DNA of 64,000 nt from a bacterium (lineage in GTDB: Bacteria > Verrucomicrobiota > Verrucomicrobiia > Limisphaerales > RI-55), in contig JANLTG010000034.1 of NCBI GenBank assembly GCA_031362805.1, forward strand, positions 5,553 to 69,552, written 5' to 3'. This document shows positions 43,601 through 52,082 of this stretch, piece after piece. Made by a program: the position numbers and the translations under genes. The number at the start of each line of letters is the position of its first letter. The stretch's first letter is position 1. The notes beneath the pieces are model-generated. The model worked only from the letters and a program-made list of their open reading frames with translations. It was not told the origin of the DNA and did no database searches.

Positions 43601-44411
43601 GTTGCGCGGCGCTATCGCCGGCACGTACCTCTGGCGCCTGGGTTCGTTGAACGGCATCCCCACGCCGCCGCGGTACCAGCCCAAGGACGAAGCCGCCCGG
43701 CAGCGCTTGATTCGCGAGGCGGAGTTTGCGTGGAAGCAATCCTTCGCCTTCTGCCCGTATTCGCCCGAGGCGGTGTTCAAGTACGCCGGCCTGCTCCTCA
43801 ACCTGCCCGGCCGCATGGGCGACGCCCGGCTCGTTGCCCAGACTGCGCTCGATTACGATCCCAACAACGAGCAGTTCCAGTATCTCGCGGCCGAGATCGA
43901 GAAGTATCAAAGCAGCGAGCGCTCGGTCGGCGAACTGCAGCAGCAACTTGCCCAGCTCACGGCGAGCTTCCAGCAAAACCCCGCCAGCCTCACCAGCGCC
44001 TTTGCGCTCGCCTCCGCTTATGCCCAACTCCAGCAGAGCAACGCGGCCGTCGGCGTTCTGGATGTGTTGCTGGCCCAGAGCAATGTCACCGCCGATGCCG
44101 TCGTGCAGACCGCCCTGTTCGCCCGCGAACTTCGCAATGTCCAGCTCATGGAACGCGCGCTCGTGCGGCTCACGGAAGTGAATCCGCAAAGCCCCGAGGC
44201 CTGGTACGATCTTTCGGCCATGCAGGCTTCACTCGGAAAGCCCGACGAAGCGATCAAGAATCTCCAGCGCTCGCTGCGCCTGAGCGATCAACGTCTCAAG
44301 GCCAGTCCTCCGGGCAAAGACCTGCGGGCCGAGGTCGTGAAGGAAGAGCGCTTCGCACCCCTGCGCACGCGGCCGGACTGGCAGGGCGCGCTGCTGCCGC
44401 AGCAGCCTTGA
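40650..44411 (+). CDS. DUF2723 (TMEM260 / GT-C-like glycosyltransferase fold) multi-pass membrane protein with a C-terminal TPR region
   Basis: 1253 aa. The N-terminal motif is YYLTLAPDLTLEDSGELAVGSFYAGVPHPPGYPVWTL, typical of DUF2723. More than 12 TM helices. The C-terminal TPR-like repeats include ...PEAWYDLSAMQASLGKPDEAIKNLQRSLRL. It starts 4 nt after the anti-sigma candidate stop. Confidence 0.75.
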   Translation: MSKEPTKPAVGGKGSPAPVERARPNPVSPSPAEAAINSPAAKKPPFFRGCDWVSFALTTLLTFAGYYLTLAPDLTLEDSGELAVGSFYAGVPHPPGYPVWTLYTWLFTVLVPVSNIAWRVALSSAVAAALASGFLALITSRGSSMILESIDAFKNIDRKAENLLCIVSGWVAGMLIAFNGYMWSQAVIAEVYTLSVLSLVLTFVFLMRWLYEPEKSRWLAWTGFMFGICFTNHQTLICAAMGIEVMVAFARPKLGRLIFLVNALFYMGGLILKATGTINLFEGNKPIFIIFNIVGIASLHAFLWMCSRLKLPTRAWLTGVHVFINLVLIWAALRQGSNIGEVTLARWMLMVNPIFIFATYAVLKMSDLAEWVVTEWKPVITVVLSGLAWIAGVSFYLYMPLASMTNPPMNWGYPRTVEGFIHAFTRGQYEKTNPTESVGKFLEQCWMLLEGAIEEFSPVYLLIAIIPFFFLMRMRQRERAWLIGQVAIYACLSLLLIILLNPNSDKQSRDLTKVFFTASHVSIAMFVGYGFALIAGMMQTAYRQYRDWLLYGGAVVSAIALYGVAWVLMNTAYSLNQFNAYFGFGMMVALTAVVLIFRERAPLGLFLGLVAITPAYIAADHWSDNEQRGHLFGWYFGHDMFTPPFTGADKKLSYDPAERLKLLADPEQSKLVYPEMTTNAVLFGGTDPGRFAPTYMIFCESFIKPEQRRNPNFDRRDVYIITQNALADHTYLSYIRAHYNRSTQKDPPFFQGLLLSAPNRALPPEQQWAIADRQLLPKMLLFRTADRIFTDLGARIEDKRRAEGVYPRVEIRTPTPADSARSFEEYLQDAGRRKQLGQLRPGEVVDIIPMPGGNDRIQVAGQVSVMAINGILAKTIFDQNPTNEFFVEESFPLDWMFPHLTPFGIIMKINREPLLEYTEEIFQRDRHFWQEYSDRLIGNWITEETTVAEICEFVKRVYKRRDYTGFTGDPKFVRDDQAQKSFSKLRGAIAGTYLWRLGSLNGIPTPPRYQPKDEAARQRLIREAEFAWKQSFAFCPYSPEAVFKYAGLLLNLPGRMGDARLVAQTALDYDPNNEQFQYLAAEIEKYQSSERSVGELQQQLAQLTASFQQNPASLTSAFALASAYAQLQQSNAAVGVLDVLLAQSNVTADAVVQTALFARELRNVQLMERALVRLTEVNPQSPEAWYDLSAMQASLGKPDEAIKNLQRSLRLSDQRLKASPPGKDLRAEVVKEERFAPLRTRPDWQGALLPQQP

Positions 44412-44437
44412 ATGGATTCGGGGATTTCCGCGGGAAG

Positions 44438-44514
44438 CTGGTGCGCCGGGCAGGACTCGAACCTGCAACCTTCTGATCCGAAGTCAGAAGCTCTATCCAA
44501 TTGAGCTACCGGCG
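44438..44514 (-). tRNA. tRNA-Arg (anticodon TCG), with CCA encoded
   Basis: The minus strand folds by hand as GCGCCGG-TA-GCTC-AATTGGATA-GAGC-T-TCTGA-CTTCGGA-TCAGA-AGGTT-GCAGG-TTCGAGT-CCTGC-CCGGCGC-A-CCA. This is a 77-nt cloverleaf with all four stems fully paired. Confidence 0.95.
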
Positions 44515-44633
44515 CGACCGGGCGAATGCTTAAGCCATCCACCGCCGCGACGCACCAACAAAATCTCCACCGGCGGTCGCGGACCAAAACGTTGTTGCCA
44601 GTCGCCCGGTTTCTCCGTTGACTCGCGCGCGTC

Positions 44634-45812
44634 ATGGAACCCGTGTTTCAGGCTTCAAATCGTATCGCCGATGTCGTGCGCGCCATTCCGCGCTCGGGCA
44701 TCCGTGATTTCTTCGACCTCGTACAGGGCGTGCCCGGCGTCATCTCGCTGGGCGTGGGCGAGCCCGATTTCGTCACCCCGTGGCATATTCGCGAAGCCGC
44801 CATCTACGCACTCGAAAAAGGTCGGACGAGCTACACCTCCAATCTCGGCCTGTTGAAACTGCGCGAGGCGCTCGCCAAACATCTCGAGGCGAAGTTTCAG
44901 GTCAGCTACGACCCAAAGACCCAGATCCTGATCGCGGTCGGCGTCAGCGAGGCGATGGACCTGGCGTTTCGCGCGATCATCAATCCTGGCGACGAGATCA
45001 TTTATCACGAGCCGTGTTACGTGAGTTACGCCCCCGGCATTGCCCTGGCGCACGGCGTGCCCGTCGCCGTTTCCTGCACGGCCGAGAACGGCTTCGCGGT
45101 CACGGCCGAGGCGATTGAAAAGGTCATCACGCCAAAATCGAAGGCACTGGTGTTGAACTTCCCGACCAACCCGACCGGCGGCACGATGACGCGCGCGGAG
45201 CTGGAGAAGATCGCAGCGCTGGTCCGCCGTCACGATCTGCTGCTGATCACCGACGAGATCTACTCGGAGCTGACGTTCGAGGGCGAACACGTCTCGATCG
45301 CCGCCTTGCCGGGTATGGTCGAGCGGACGATTTTTCTGCATGGCTTTTCCAAGGCCTACGCGATGACCGGTTTCCGCATCGGCTATGCCTGCGGCCCCGT
45401 CGAGCTGATCGAAGCGATGATGAAGATTCATCAATACTCGATGCTCTGCGCCAGCATCATCAGCCAGGAGGCGGCGTTGGAGGCGATCAAGAACGGCGAA
45501 TCCGCCACGATCGAGATGCGGGAGCAATACAAGCTGCGCCGCAACCTGATCGTGAACTCATTCAACGAGCTGGGTCTGACGTGTCATCTGCCGCGCGGTT
45601 CCTTCTACGCGTTTCCGTGCATCCGCTCGACCGGGCTGACGTCGAAGGAATTTGCCACCAAGCTGGTGGAGCAGGAGAAGGTCGCGTGCGTGCCAGGCAG
45701 CGCCTTTGGCCCGAGTGGTGAAGGGTATTTGCGCGCGTGCTTCGCAGCTTCGATGGAGCAGATTCAGGAAGCCATGGTGCGGATGGGGCGCTTCGTGAAG
45801 CGGCTGAAGTAG
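44634..45812 (+). CDS. Class I/II PLP-dependent aminotransferase (aspartate/aromatic aminotransferase-like)
   Basis: ISLGVGEPDF, NFPTNPTGG, ITDEIYSEL, HGFSKAYAMTGFRIGY (PLP lysine motif). Confidence 0.9.
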   Translation: MEPVFQASNRIADVVRAIPRSGIRDFFDLVQGVPGVISLGVGEPDFVTPWHIREAAIYALEKGRTSYTSNLGLLKLREALAKHLEAKFQVSYDPKTQILIAVGVSEAMDLAFRAIINPGDEIIYHEPCYVSYAPGIALAHGVPVAVSCTAENGFAVTAEAIEKVITPKSKALVLNFPTNPTGGTMTRAELEKIAALVRRHDLLLITDEIYSELTFEGEHVSIAALPGMVERTIFLHGFSKAYAMTGFRIGYACGPVELIEAMMKIHQYSMLCASIISQEAALEAIKNGESATIEMREQYKLRRNLIVNSFNELGLTCHLPRGSFYAFPCIRSTGLTSKEFATKLVEQEKVACVPGSAFGPSGEGYLRACFAASMEQIQEAMVRMGRFVKRLK

Positions 45813-45863
45813 GCGGCTGCGGTCCCGATAACGAGGTTTGGTGACCAATGCTGGCAAGCGTGG

Positions 45864-46799
45864 TTACTCGCTCTTCGGGTCGAGCGCGTCGCGCAGGCCG
45901 TCACCAAAGAAGTTCAGCGCCAGCAAAGTGAGTCCCAGGAAGCCGGCGGGGAAGACGATCATCCACCAGTAGATGCGGATCGGATTGATCTGGCCCGCGC
46001 CGGCGGCGATGAGCGACCCGAGACTGGCCTGCGGCGGCTGAATGCCGAGACCGAGGTAGCTGAGGAAACTTTCGTAAAGGATGATGCTAGGAATCGTCAG
46101 CGCGAGGTAAACGATCACGACGCCGGTAACATTGGGCAAGATGTGGCGCAGCAGAATGCGCGTGTTGCTGATGCCCAGCGCGTGGCCCGCTTCGATGAAC
46201 GCCTTCTTGCGCAGGCTCAACACCTGTCCGCGGACGATGCGCGCCATGGTCAGCCACGAAACGGCGCCAAGTCCGACGAACAAGAGCAGAAGCCGGCTGG
46301 CCGATGCCAGCGCGGTCGAACCCATGCCCGCCAGCCAGTTCTTGAACAATGCTTCCAGGGTCGTGATAAGCACGATCACAAACACGATCGACGGTAGCGA
46401 ATAGAGGACATCCACAGTCCGCATCATGGCGTTGTCCACGCGGCCGCCCGCGTAGCCAGCCACCGCCCCCCAAAGCACCCCGATGATCAAGCTCACGCCC
46501 GCGCCAACGAGCCCGACAAGCAACGAGATGCGGGCGCCGTACAGGACCCGGACCAACAGATCGCGCCCGTGGTCGTCGGTGCCCAACCAGTGGGCGGCCG
46601 ACGGCGCCGCAAATTGATTCTCGGAAAGCGCGTTCGGCTCGTAGGCAATCAGCGCCGGGCCGATCAAGATGAGGAGCACCAGCGCCAGCAGCGTCCAGCC
46701 ACTGACCAGCGCCAGGCGGTTCTTGCAAAAGCGCAGCCACGCGAGCTGTCCCGGGGACTGCGAGCGAGCGTCTGCGTCCAATGCCAGCGCGTGGTTCAT
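45864..46799 (-). CDS. Peptide ABC transporter permease (OppC/DppC-like)
   Basis: 311 aa, multi-TM. N-terminal LAWLRFCKNRLALVSGW. EAA-type loop FIEAGHALGISNTRILLRHILPN. Confidence 0.85.
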   Translation of the reverse strand: MNHALALDADARSQSPGQLAWLRFCKNRLALVSGWTLLALVLLILIGPALIAYEPNALSENQFAAPSAAHWLGTDDHGRDLLVRVLYGARISLLVGLVGAGVSLIIGVLWGAVAGYAGGRVDNAMMRTVDVLYSLPSIVFVIVLITTLEALFKNWLAGMGSTALASASRLLLLFVGLGAVSWLTMARIVRGQVLSLRKKAFIEAGHALGISNTRILLRHILPNVTGVVIVYLALTIPSIILYESFLSYLGLGIQPPQASLGSLIAAGAGQINPIRIYWWMIVFPAGFLGLTLLALNFFGDGLRDALDPKSE

Positions 46800-47710
46800 T
46801 CGTATTTCACCTGCGGATCAAGCCGGCTGTATAGAAAGTCCACCGCCAGGTTCAGCACGAGCAAGAGCAGCGCGTAGAGCAACACCAGGCCGACGACCAT
46901 CGGGTAGTCCTTGTTCTGCGAACTGGTGACCATGAACACGCCGATGCCGGGGATCTGAAACAAATTTTCGATCACGAACGAGCCGGTCAACAGATCCGCG
47001 AGCATCGGCCCGGCATACGAAATCACGGGCAGGATCGCCGGGCGCAGCGCGTGCTTGAAAAGCACAACCCGTTCGGTCAGCCCCTTGGCCCGCGCGGTCA
47101 TGATGTACGGCTCGCCCAGCACGCCGAGCATGCCTTCACGCATCAAGCGCGCGATGCGCCCGCTGTAAAAGAGCCCGAGCGCCAGGGTCGGCAGGACGGC
47201 GTTCAGCGGCGAACCCCAGAGCGCCACGGGAAACCACTTCAGCTTGATCGCAAAACTCATCACCAGCAGCGGACCGATGACAAACGCCGGAACGCAGATG
47301 CCAACCAAGGCCAGCAAGCTGCCGCCATAATCCACCCATTGCCCCTTGCGCGCAGCTGTCGCGAATCCCAGTGGAATACCGACACCGAGCGCGAAGCCAA
47401 ACGACAAACATCCCAGCATCAGTGTGGCGGGCAACGCCTGCTTGATGATGTCACCCACGGAGTGGTGCCGGTATTTCATCGACGGTCCAAGGTCGCCGCG
47501 GGCGAGATCACCGAGGTAGAGCACGTATTGTTTCCAGAGCGGTTGATCGAGCCGGTACTTCGCCTTGAGCGCGCGCTCAACTTCCGGGGAGGCGGGCGCG
47601 CGTTCCTTATCGAAGGGCCCGCCCGGAGCGACGCGCACCAGCACGAAAGCCAGCAGGCTGATCACCAGGAGCAGCGGCACCAGCGCGAGGATGCGTTTGA
47701 AGTAATACAT
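46796..47710 (-). CDS. Peptide ABC transporter permease (OppB/DppB-like)
   Basis: 304 aa. MYYFKRILALVPLLLVISLLAFVLVR...GGPF and YIMTARAKGLTERVVLFKHALRPA. There is a 4-nt overlap with the next gene. Confidence 0.85.
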   Translation of the reverse strand: MYYFKRILALVPLLLVISLLAFVLVRVAPGGPFDKERAPASPEVERALKAKYRLDQPLWKQYVLYLGDLARGDLGPSMKYRHHSVGDIIKQALPATLMLGCLSFGFALGVGIPLGFATAARKGQWVDYGGSLLALVGICVPAFVIGPLLVMSFAIKLKWFPVALWGSPLNAVLPTLALGLFYSGRIARLMREGMLGVLGEPYIMTARAKGLTERVVLFKHALRPAILPVISYAGPMLADLLTGSFVIENLFQIPGIGVFMVTSSQNKDYPMVVGLVLLYALLLLVLNLAVDFLYSRLDPQVKYE

Positions 47711-47716
47711 GCGTCG

Positions 47717-49321
47717 TCAGCGGCGCAGCCGTTTGATGGCGTTGATCGGGTGTTGATCGATCGGGTTCGCGTGGATGCCGGCGATTTTCTCCGGATCGAA
47801 GTAGTTGAAACCCGCGTAGGAATAGATCGGGCCGATGGGCGCGGCGTCCCGCAGCAAATAGGTCTCGGCCTCGCGGAAAATCTCCGCGCGCTTCCGCAAG
47901 TCAACCGTGGCGTTGGCCTGGCGGATCAAGTCGTCATAGCGCTGGTCCTTCCAGCCGGTGCGGTTGTTGCCGTTGTTGCTGAGAAAAATATCGAGGAACG
48001 TGTTCGGGTCATTGTAGTCCGCGATCCAACTGCTGCGGGCCAGTTCGTAGTCGAGCGCCGTCAACGTCGCAAGGTAGGTCTTCCATTCCATCGGGCGCAG
48101 GCTGACCTCGACGCCGAGGACATCGCGCCACATGGCTTGCAACTCCACGGCGATCTTCTCATCGACGCTGGCCGAGGTGCCGGCGTTGAGCAGGTAGTTG
48201 ACGGTTGGAAAACCCTGGCCGCCGGGGAAACCCGCGCTGGCCAGCAACCGGCGCGCTTCGGACGGATCATGTCTCAGTCCGTCGGCGGGCAGGTAGTTCG
48301 CCGTGCTCAATGGCACCAACGTCTCGGCGGCCTTCTCGCCGCCGCGGGTGATGCGTTCGACGATCCGATGGCGATCGATTGAAAGCGCGAACGCCTTGCG
48401 CACGCGCGGATCGTCGAATGGTTTCTTGGTCACGTTGAACCGCACAAAATAGGCGCCCAGGTAATCAAACGTGTGGAAGTCCGGCCGCAGCCGCAGCACG
48501 TCCGTCAGGTGAACGGGCACCAGGCTCTTGTCCCACACGACATCCGCCTGGCCGTTGAGATAGAGATTCAACGCGGTCGTCGCCGAGGTGATGGGCAACA
48601 GATCGACGATCTGGTTCTGCGTGTTCGCGTCATCCCAGTAGTGCGGGTTGCGGCGGAGTCGGATGCGGTCGTTGATGCGCCAGAAGTCGAGCGTGTAAGC
48701 GCCGCTGGTCTTGAGCGGTTGCGTGCGCACCCAGAGGTCGCCGTGTGCGTCGATGACGTCGGGTGGCACGACGGCGAGCGTGGGAAACGCGCACAAGCTG
48801 AGGAAGAACGCGGTGGGTGATTCCAGTTCGACGCGCAGCGTCCGGTCATCGAGCGCCTGGACGCCGATCGCGTCGGGGTCCTTGAGCTGGCCCAGAAAAT
48901 ACGACTCGGCGTTCTTGAGGTAGAACATGATGCCGACGTAGTCCGACGCGGTGGCCGGAGTCAACACACGGCGCCATGACCAGACAAAGTCCCTGGCAGT
49001 GATCGCCGTGCCGGTGGACCACGTTAGATTGGTCCGCAAATGAAACGTGTAAACGCGGCCATCATTGGAGAGCTCCCAGTGACTGGCGAGCGCCGGCTCG
49101 GGATCGCCAGTCGTTGCGTTGAATCGCGTGAGCCCCTCAAACAAGGCCCCCACCACCCGGATCTCCGGCTGGCCGGAGACGATCTGCGGATCGAGCGACT
49201 CCGGCTCCGCGCCATTGACGATGACAATGTCTGCCGGTTCCTCCCGCGCACCACAGCCCGTCAGCACCAGCGCCAGCCCGGCGAGCAGGCTGGCAGTGGA
49301 TCGGGTGAAGTTCAGGCGCAT
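47717..49321 (-). CDS. Peptide/nickel ABC transporter substrate-binding protein (family 5, OppA/DppA-like) lipoprotein
   Basis: 534 aa. Lipobox LVLTGC. LVIVNGAEPESLDP and WSTGTAITARDFVWSW are typical SBP-5 motifs. Confidence 0.85.
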   Translation of the reverse strand: MRLNFTRSTASLLAGLALVLTGCGAREEPADIVIVNGAEPESLDPQIVSGQPEIRVVGALFEGLTRFNATTGDPEPALASHWELSNDGRVYTFHLRTNLTWSTGTAITARDFVWSWRRVLTPATASDYVGIMFYLKNAESYFLGQLKDPDAIGVQALDDRTLRVELESPTAFFLSLCAFPTLAVVPPDVIDAHGDLWVRTQPLKTSGAYTLDFWRINDRIRLRRNPHYWDDANTQNQIVDLLPITSATTALNLYLNGQADVVWDKSLVPVHLTDVLRLRPDFHTFDYLGAYFVRFNVTKKPFDDPRVRKAFALSIDRHRIVERITRGGEKAAETLVPLSTANYLPADGLRHDPSEARRLLASAGFPGGQGFPTVNYLLNAGTSASVDEKIAVELQAMWRDVLGVEVSLRPMEWKTYLATLTALDYELARSSWIADYNDPNTFLDIFLSNNGNNRTGWKDQRYDDLIRQANATVDLRKRAEIFREAETYLLRDAAPIGPIYSYAGFNYFDPEKIAGIHANPIDQHPINAIKRLRR

Positions 49322-49441
49322 GAGCGGAAGGTTGGGAAATGGAAGCGCCAGTCACAAGCAGGATCGCAAGGTGCCACTGGCAAAGCGGCCTTTGACCCGG
49401 GCATGGGTTCAGGGTAAATCTGTCCGCAACAAACGCGATCC

Positions 49442-50509
49442 ATGAACTACGCCTTCACCCGTCGAAAATTTCTTGAGCTGACGGCGCTCGCCGGCGCAAC
49501 CCTCACGTCGGGAGCCCTGGCCGGCGCCGAAGCGTCCACTGGTCCGCGCGTGATGACCGTGCGCGGCCCGGTGCCGGCCGATCAACTGGGTGTCACCCTG
49601 CCGCACGAGCACATCACGACGGATTTCCTCGGTGCCGAGAAGCTGCCGCAGCCGCGTTACGATCGAGACACAGCCTTTGAAACAATTCTGCCCCAGCTCA
49701 AGGCGTTGAAAGAGCGCGGTGCTTCCTCCTTGTTTGAATGCACGCCAAACTACATCGGCCGGGATGTCGCGCTGTTGAAACGGTTGTCCGAAGCGAGCGG
49801 ACTAAACATCGTCACGAACACCGGCTACTACGGCGCGGTCGGGAACAAGTTTCTGCCGAAGCACGCGCACGAGGAATCAGCGGAACAACTCGCGGTACGC
49901 TGGTTGAAGGAATGGCATGAAGGCATCGACGGCACGGGTGTGAGGCCGGGCTTCATCAAGCTCGGCACGGAGCGCGGCAAACTGTCGCCGTTGCACGAGA
50001 AACTGGTGCGCGCGGCGGCGCGGGTGCATCGCGAGAGCGGGTTGACCATCTGCATCCACACCGGCGACGGCGAGGCGGCGTTGGATGAGTTGCGCATCCT
50101 TGGCGAAGCAAAGGTTTCACCCGAGGCGTTGGTTTGGGTTCATGCGCAGAACGACGCCGGCCCGATCCAGATCGAGGTGGCGAAACGCGGCGGCTGGGTG
50201 AGCCTCGATGGCTACAGCCTGGCGACGCGCAACCCCGAGCGCTACCGGAATATGCTCCTCGCGCTCAAGGTCGCGGGCTGCTTGAGCCGCGTGTTGATCT
50301 CGCACGACGACGGGTGGGCCGTCGAAGGTGAGCAAGCGCAAAGCACGGGCTTGAAGCTCTTCGGCAACGGCAATCCGGAGCCTTACAGCAGCATCTTCAC
50401 CCGGCTCTTGCCAGACTTGCGCGCGGCCGGATTCACCGACTCTGATGTCAATCAATTGACCCGGCTCAATCCCGCGCAGGCATTTGCAGTGCGCACCCGG
50501 ACGGCTTGA
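49442..50509 (+). CDS. Phosphotriesterase-family (PTE/Php-like) metal hydrolase with a Tat signal
   Basis: Tat motif TRRKFLELTALAGA. Metal ligands in LPHEHITTDF (HxH), GFIKLGT (Lys), IHTGDG (His), VWVHAQ (His), ISHDDGW (Asp). Confidence 0.8.
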   Translation: MNYAFTRRKFLELTALAGATLTSGALAGAEASTGPRVMTVRGPVPADQLGVTLPHEHITTDFLGAEKLPQPRYDRDTAFETILPQLKALKERGASSLFECTPNYIGRDVALLKRLSEASGLNIVTNTGYYGAVGNKFLPKHAHEESAEQLAVRWLKEWHEGIDGTGVRPGFIKLGTERGKLSPLHEKLVRAAARVHRESGLTICIHTGDGEAALDELRILGEAKVSPEALVWVHAQNDAGPIQIEVAKRGGWVSLDGYSLATRNPERYRNMLLALKVAGCLSRVLISHDDGWAVEGEQAQSTGLKLFGNGNPEPYSSIFTRLLPDLRAAGFTDSDVNQLTRLNPAQAFAVRTRTA

Positions 50510-50614
50510 TCGCTGCCTCGATAACTTTTGAACTGCTGGATCGGAATGCCGGTCAGGTATTGGCAATCACCGGGCAGTGGGCGAGTATCGCGCCCGGGAA
50601 GGAACGAATCTGTG

Positions 50615-52078
50615 ATGAAAAAAAAGCCAACAGAGAATCAGAGCGCCGGCTTCCGGGTCGGCACGAGCGCCAAGAACTTGAGGAACACGCCGGGTCGGAG
50701 ACCGGCGCTCCGACCGCGCGGACTGCTCGTCGCGATCGTCGCTGCGTCTCTGCTCGGGGCGCTGCCCGCCGCGTTGCTCGCCGCCGAGGCGCCGGCTGGT
50801 GTTCGTCGTGACGCCGTGGTGACGGCCGTCGAGAAGGTGCTGCCCTCCGTTGTGAACGTGGCCACCGAAACCATCGTGCGGCGGAATGATCCGACGGATG
50901 ACTTCTTCAGCGAATTCTTCGGTTACCGCCGGATGCCGCGCGGCTACAAGAGCTACAGCGTCGGGTCAGGCGTAATCATCGATGAGTCGGGTTATATCCT
51001 GACCAACTTCCATGTGATCGAGCGAGCCAGCCGCGTGCAGGTGAAGCTCCATGACGGGCGCGAGTTCGAGGCGGAGAAGATCAACTACGCCAGCAGCCGT
51101 TCGGACGTCGCGCTGTTGAAGATCATCGCGCCCGCCGGCACCAAGTTTGAGGCTATTCATTTTGCGGCCGACGATGACCTGTTGCTTGGCGAAACGGTGC
51201 TCGCGCTCGGCAATCCCTTTCAACTCGGCGGGTCGGTCAGCCGCGGCATTCTCAGCTCCAAAGTGCGGCGGCCCGTCAACGACGACGAACGGCTCGACTA
51301 CGAGGACTGGCTGCAAACGGATGCCGCCATCAACCCCGGCAACAGCGGCGGGCCGTTGATCAACCTCAGTGGTGATTTGATCGGTATGAATGTCGCCGTG
51401 TTTCGCGGCGGAGGTTATGACGCGCCGGCGCAGGGGATCGGCTTCGCGATCCCGATCAAGCGCGTCCGCGAGGCGATCTCTTACTTCTTCGTGCCCGAGA
51501 CCACGCAGGGACTTTGGTTTGGCGCCCGGATCCACCCCGGTGTGTTTCCGCTGGCCATTGCCGACGTTCAGAAAGGCAGCCCGGCGGACTCCGGCGGTCT
51601 CCAGGTGGGTGACCAGATCGCGGAGGTGAACGGCAAAATTCCCGCCAGTTTCATCGAGTTCAACGAACTGGTGGGTGCCAGCGAAAATCAGACGGCGAAG
51701 CTGGAAGTGAATCGGGCCGGTCGCCGGATCAAGGCCACCGTGACCATGATGAAGAATTCCGATCTGTTGCGGGCCCGCCTGGGCGGCTCGTTGCAGGAAC
51801 TGACACCCGAGCTGGCGCGAGCGTTTGGCGTGGGGTTGACCGACGGTCTGCTGGTCGCCGGGGTCGAAGAAGGTGGTCCGCTGGAAAAGGCCGGCATCAC
51901 CAAGGGCGATTTGATTGCCGGCTTTCAAGGTCAACAACTGCACGATCTGGCCCGCGTCACCCTCTCCATTTCGGAGGTGGCCGCCGGCGAAGAAGTGGTG
52001 CTGACGGTCATCGGCCGACGGCAGCGCGGAAACTTGATCCGGCTGCAACAGGCCGATTTGAAGGTGAAGCTGCGGTGA
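50615..52078 (+). CDS. HtrA/DegP-family serine protease with two PDZ domains
   Basis: The track ORF is 50528-52078, and the ATG at 50615 (MKKKPTEN) is likely. Catalytic triad: TNFHVIE, SDVALLKI, GNSGGPLIN. PDZ signatures (GSPADSGGLQVGDQI and GGPLEKAGITKGDLI). Confidence 0.9.
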   Translation: MKKKPTENQSAGFRVGTSAKNLRNTPGRRPALRPRGLLVAIVAASLLGALPAALLAAEAPAGVRRDAVVTAVEKVLPSVVNVATETIVRRNDPTDDFFSEFFGYRRMPRGYKSYSVGSGVIIDESGYILTNFHVIERASRVQVKLHDGREFEAEKINYASSRSDVALLKIIAPAGTKFEAIHFAADDDLLLGETVLALGNPFQLGGSVSRGILSSKVRRPVNDDERLDYEDWLQTDAAINPGNSGGPLINLSGDLIGMNVAVFRGGGYDAPAQGIGFAIPIKRVREAISYFFVPETTQGLWFGARIHPGVFPLAIADVQKGSPADSGGLQVGDQIAEVNGKIPASFIEFNELVGASENQTAKLEVNRAGRRIKATVTMMKNSDLLRARLGGSLQELTPELARAFGVGLTDGLLVAGVEEGGPLEKAGITKGDLIAGFQGQQLHDLARVTLSISEVAAGEEVVLTVIGRRQRGNLIRLQQADLKVKLR

Positions 52079-52082
52079 GCGG

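Noticed and set aside
41751-44189. 812-aa ORF on the minus strand
   Set aside because: It is antisense to the DUF2723/TPR gene, which has clear TM helices and TPR repeats. Its composition (R/G/A/E-rich, no domains) indicates a GC-driven artefact.
44412-44633. The tRNA-Arg locus as a possible integration hotspot or genomic-island boundary
   Set aside because: By eye there is no integrase, no duplicated tRNA 3' segment and no composition shift on either side. The flanking genes (DUF2723 protein and aminotransferase) look native.
47051-48382. 443-aa plus-strand ORF
   Set aside because: It is antisense to the OppB/OppA genes and spans their junction, with shadow-ORF composition.
50966-52048. 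360-aa minus-strand ORF
   Set aside because: It is antisense to the HtrA protease gene, which has an intact catalytic triad and PDZ motifs.
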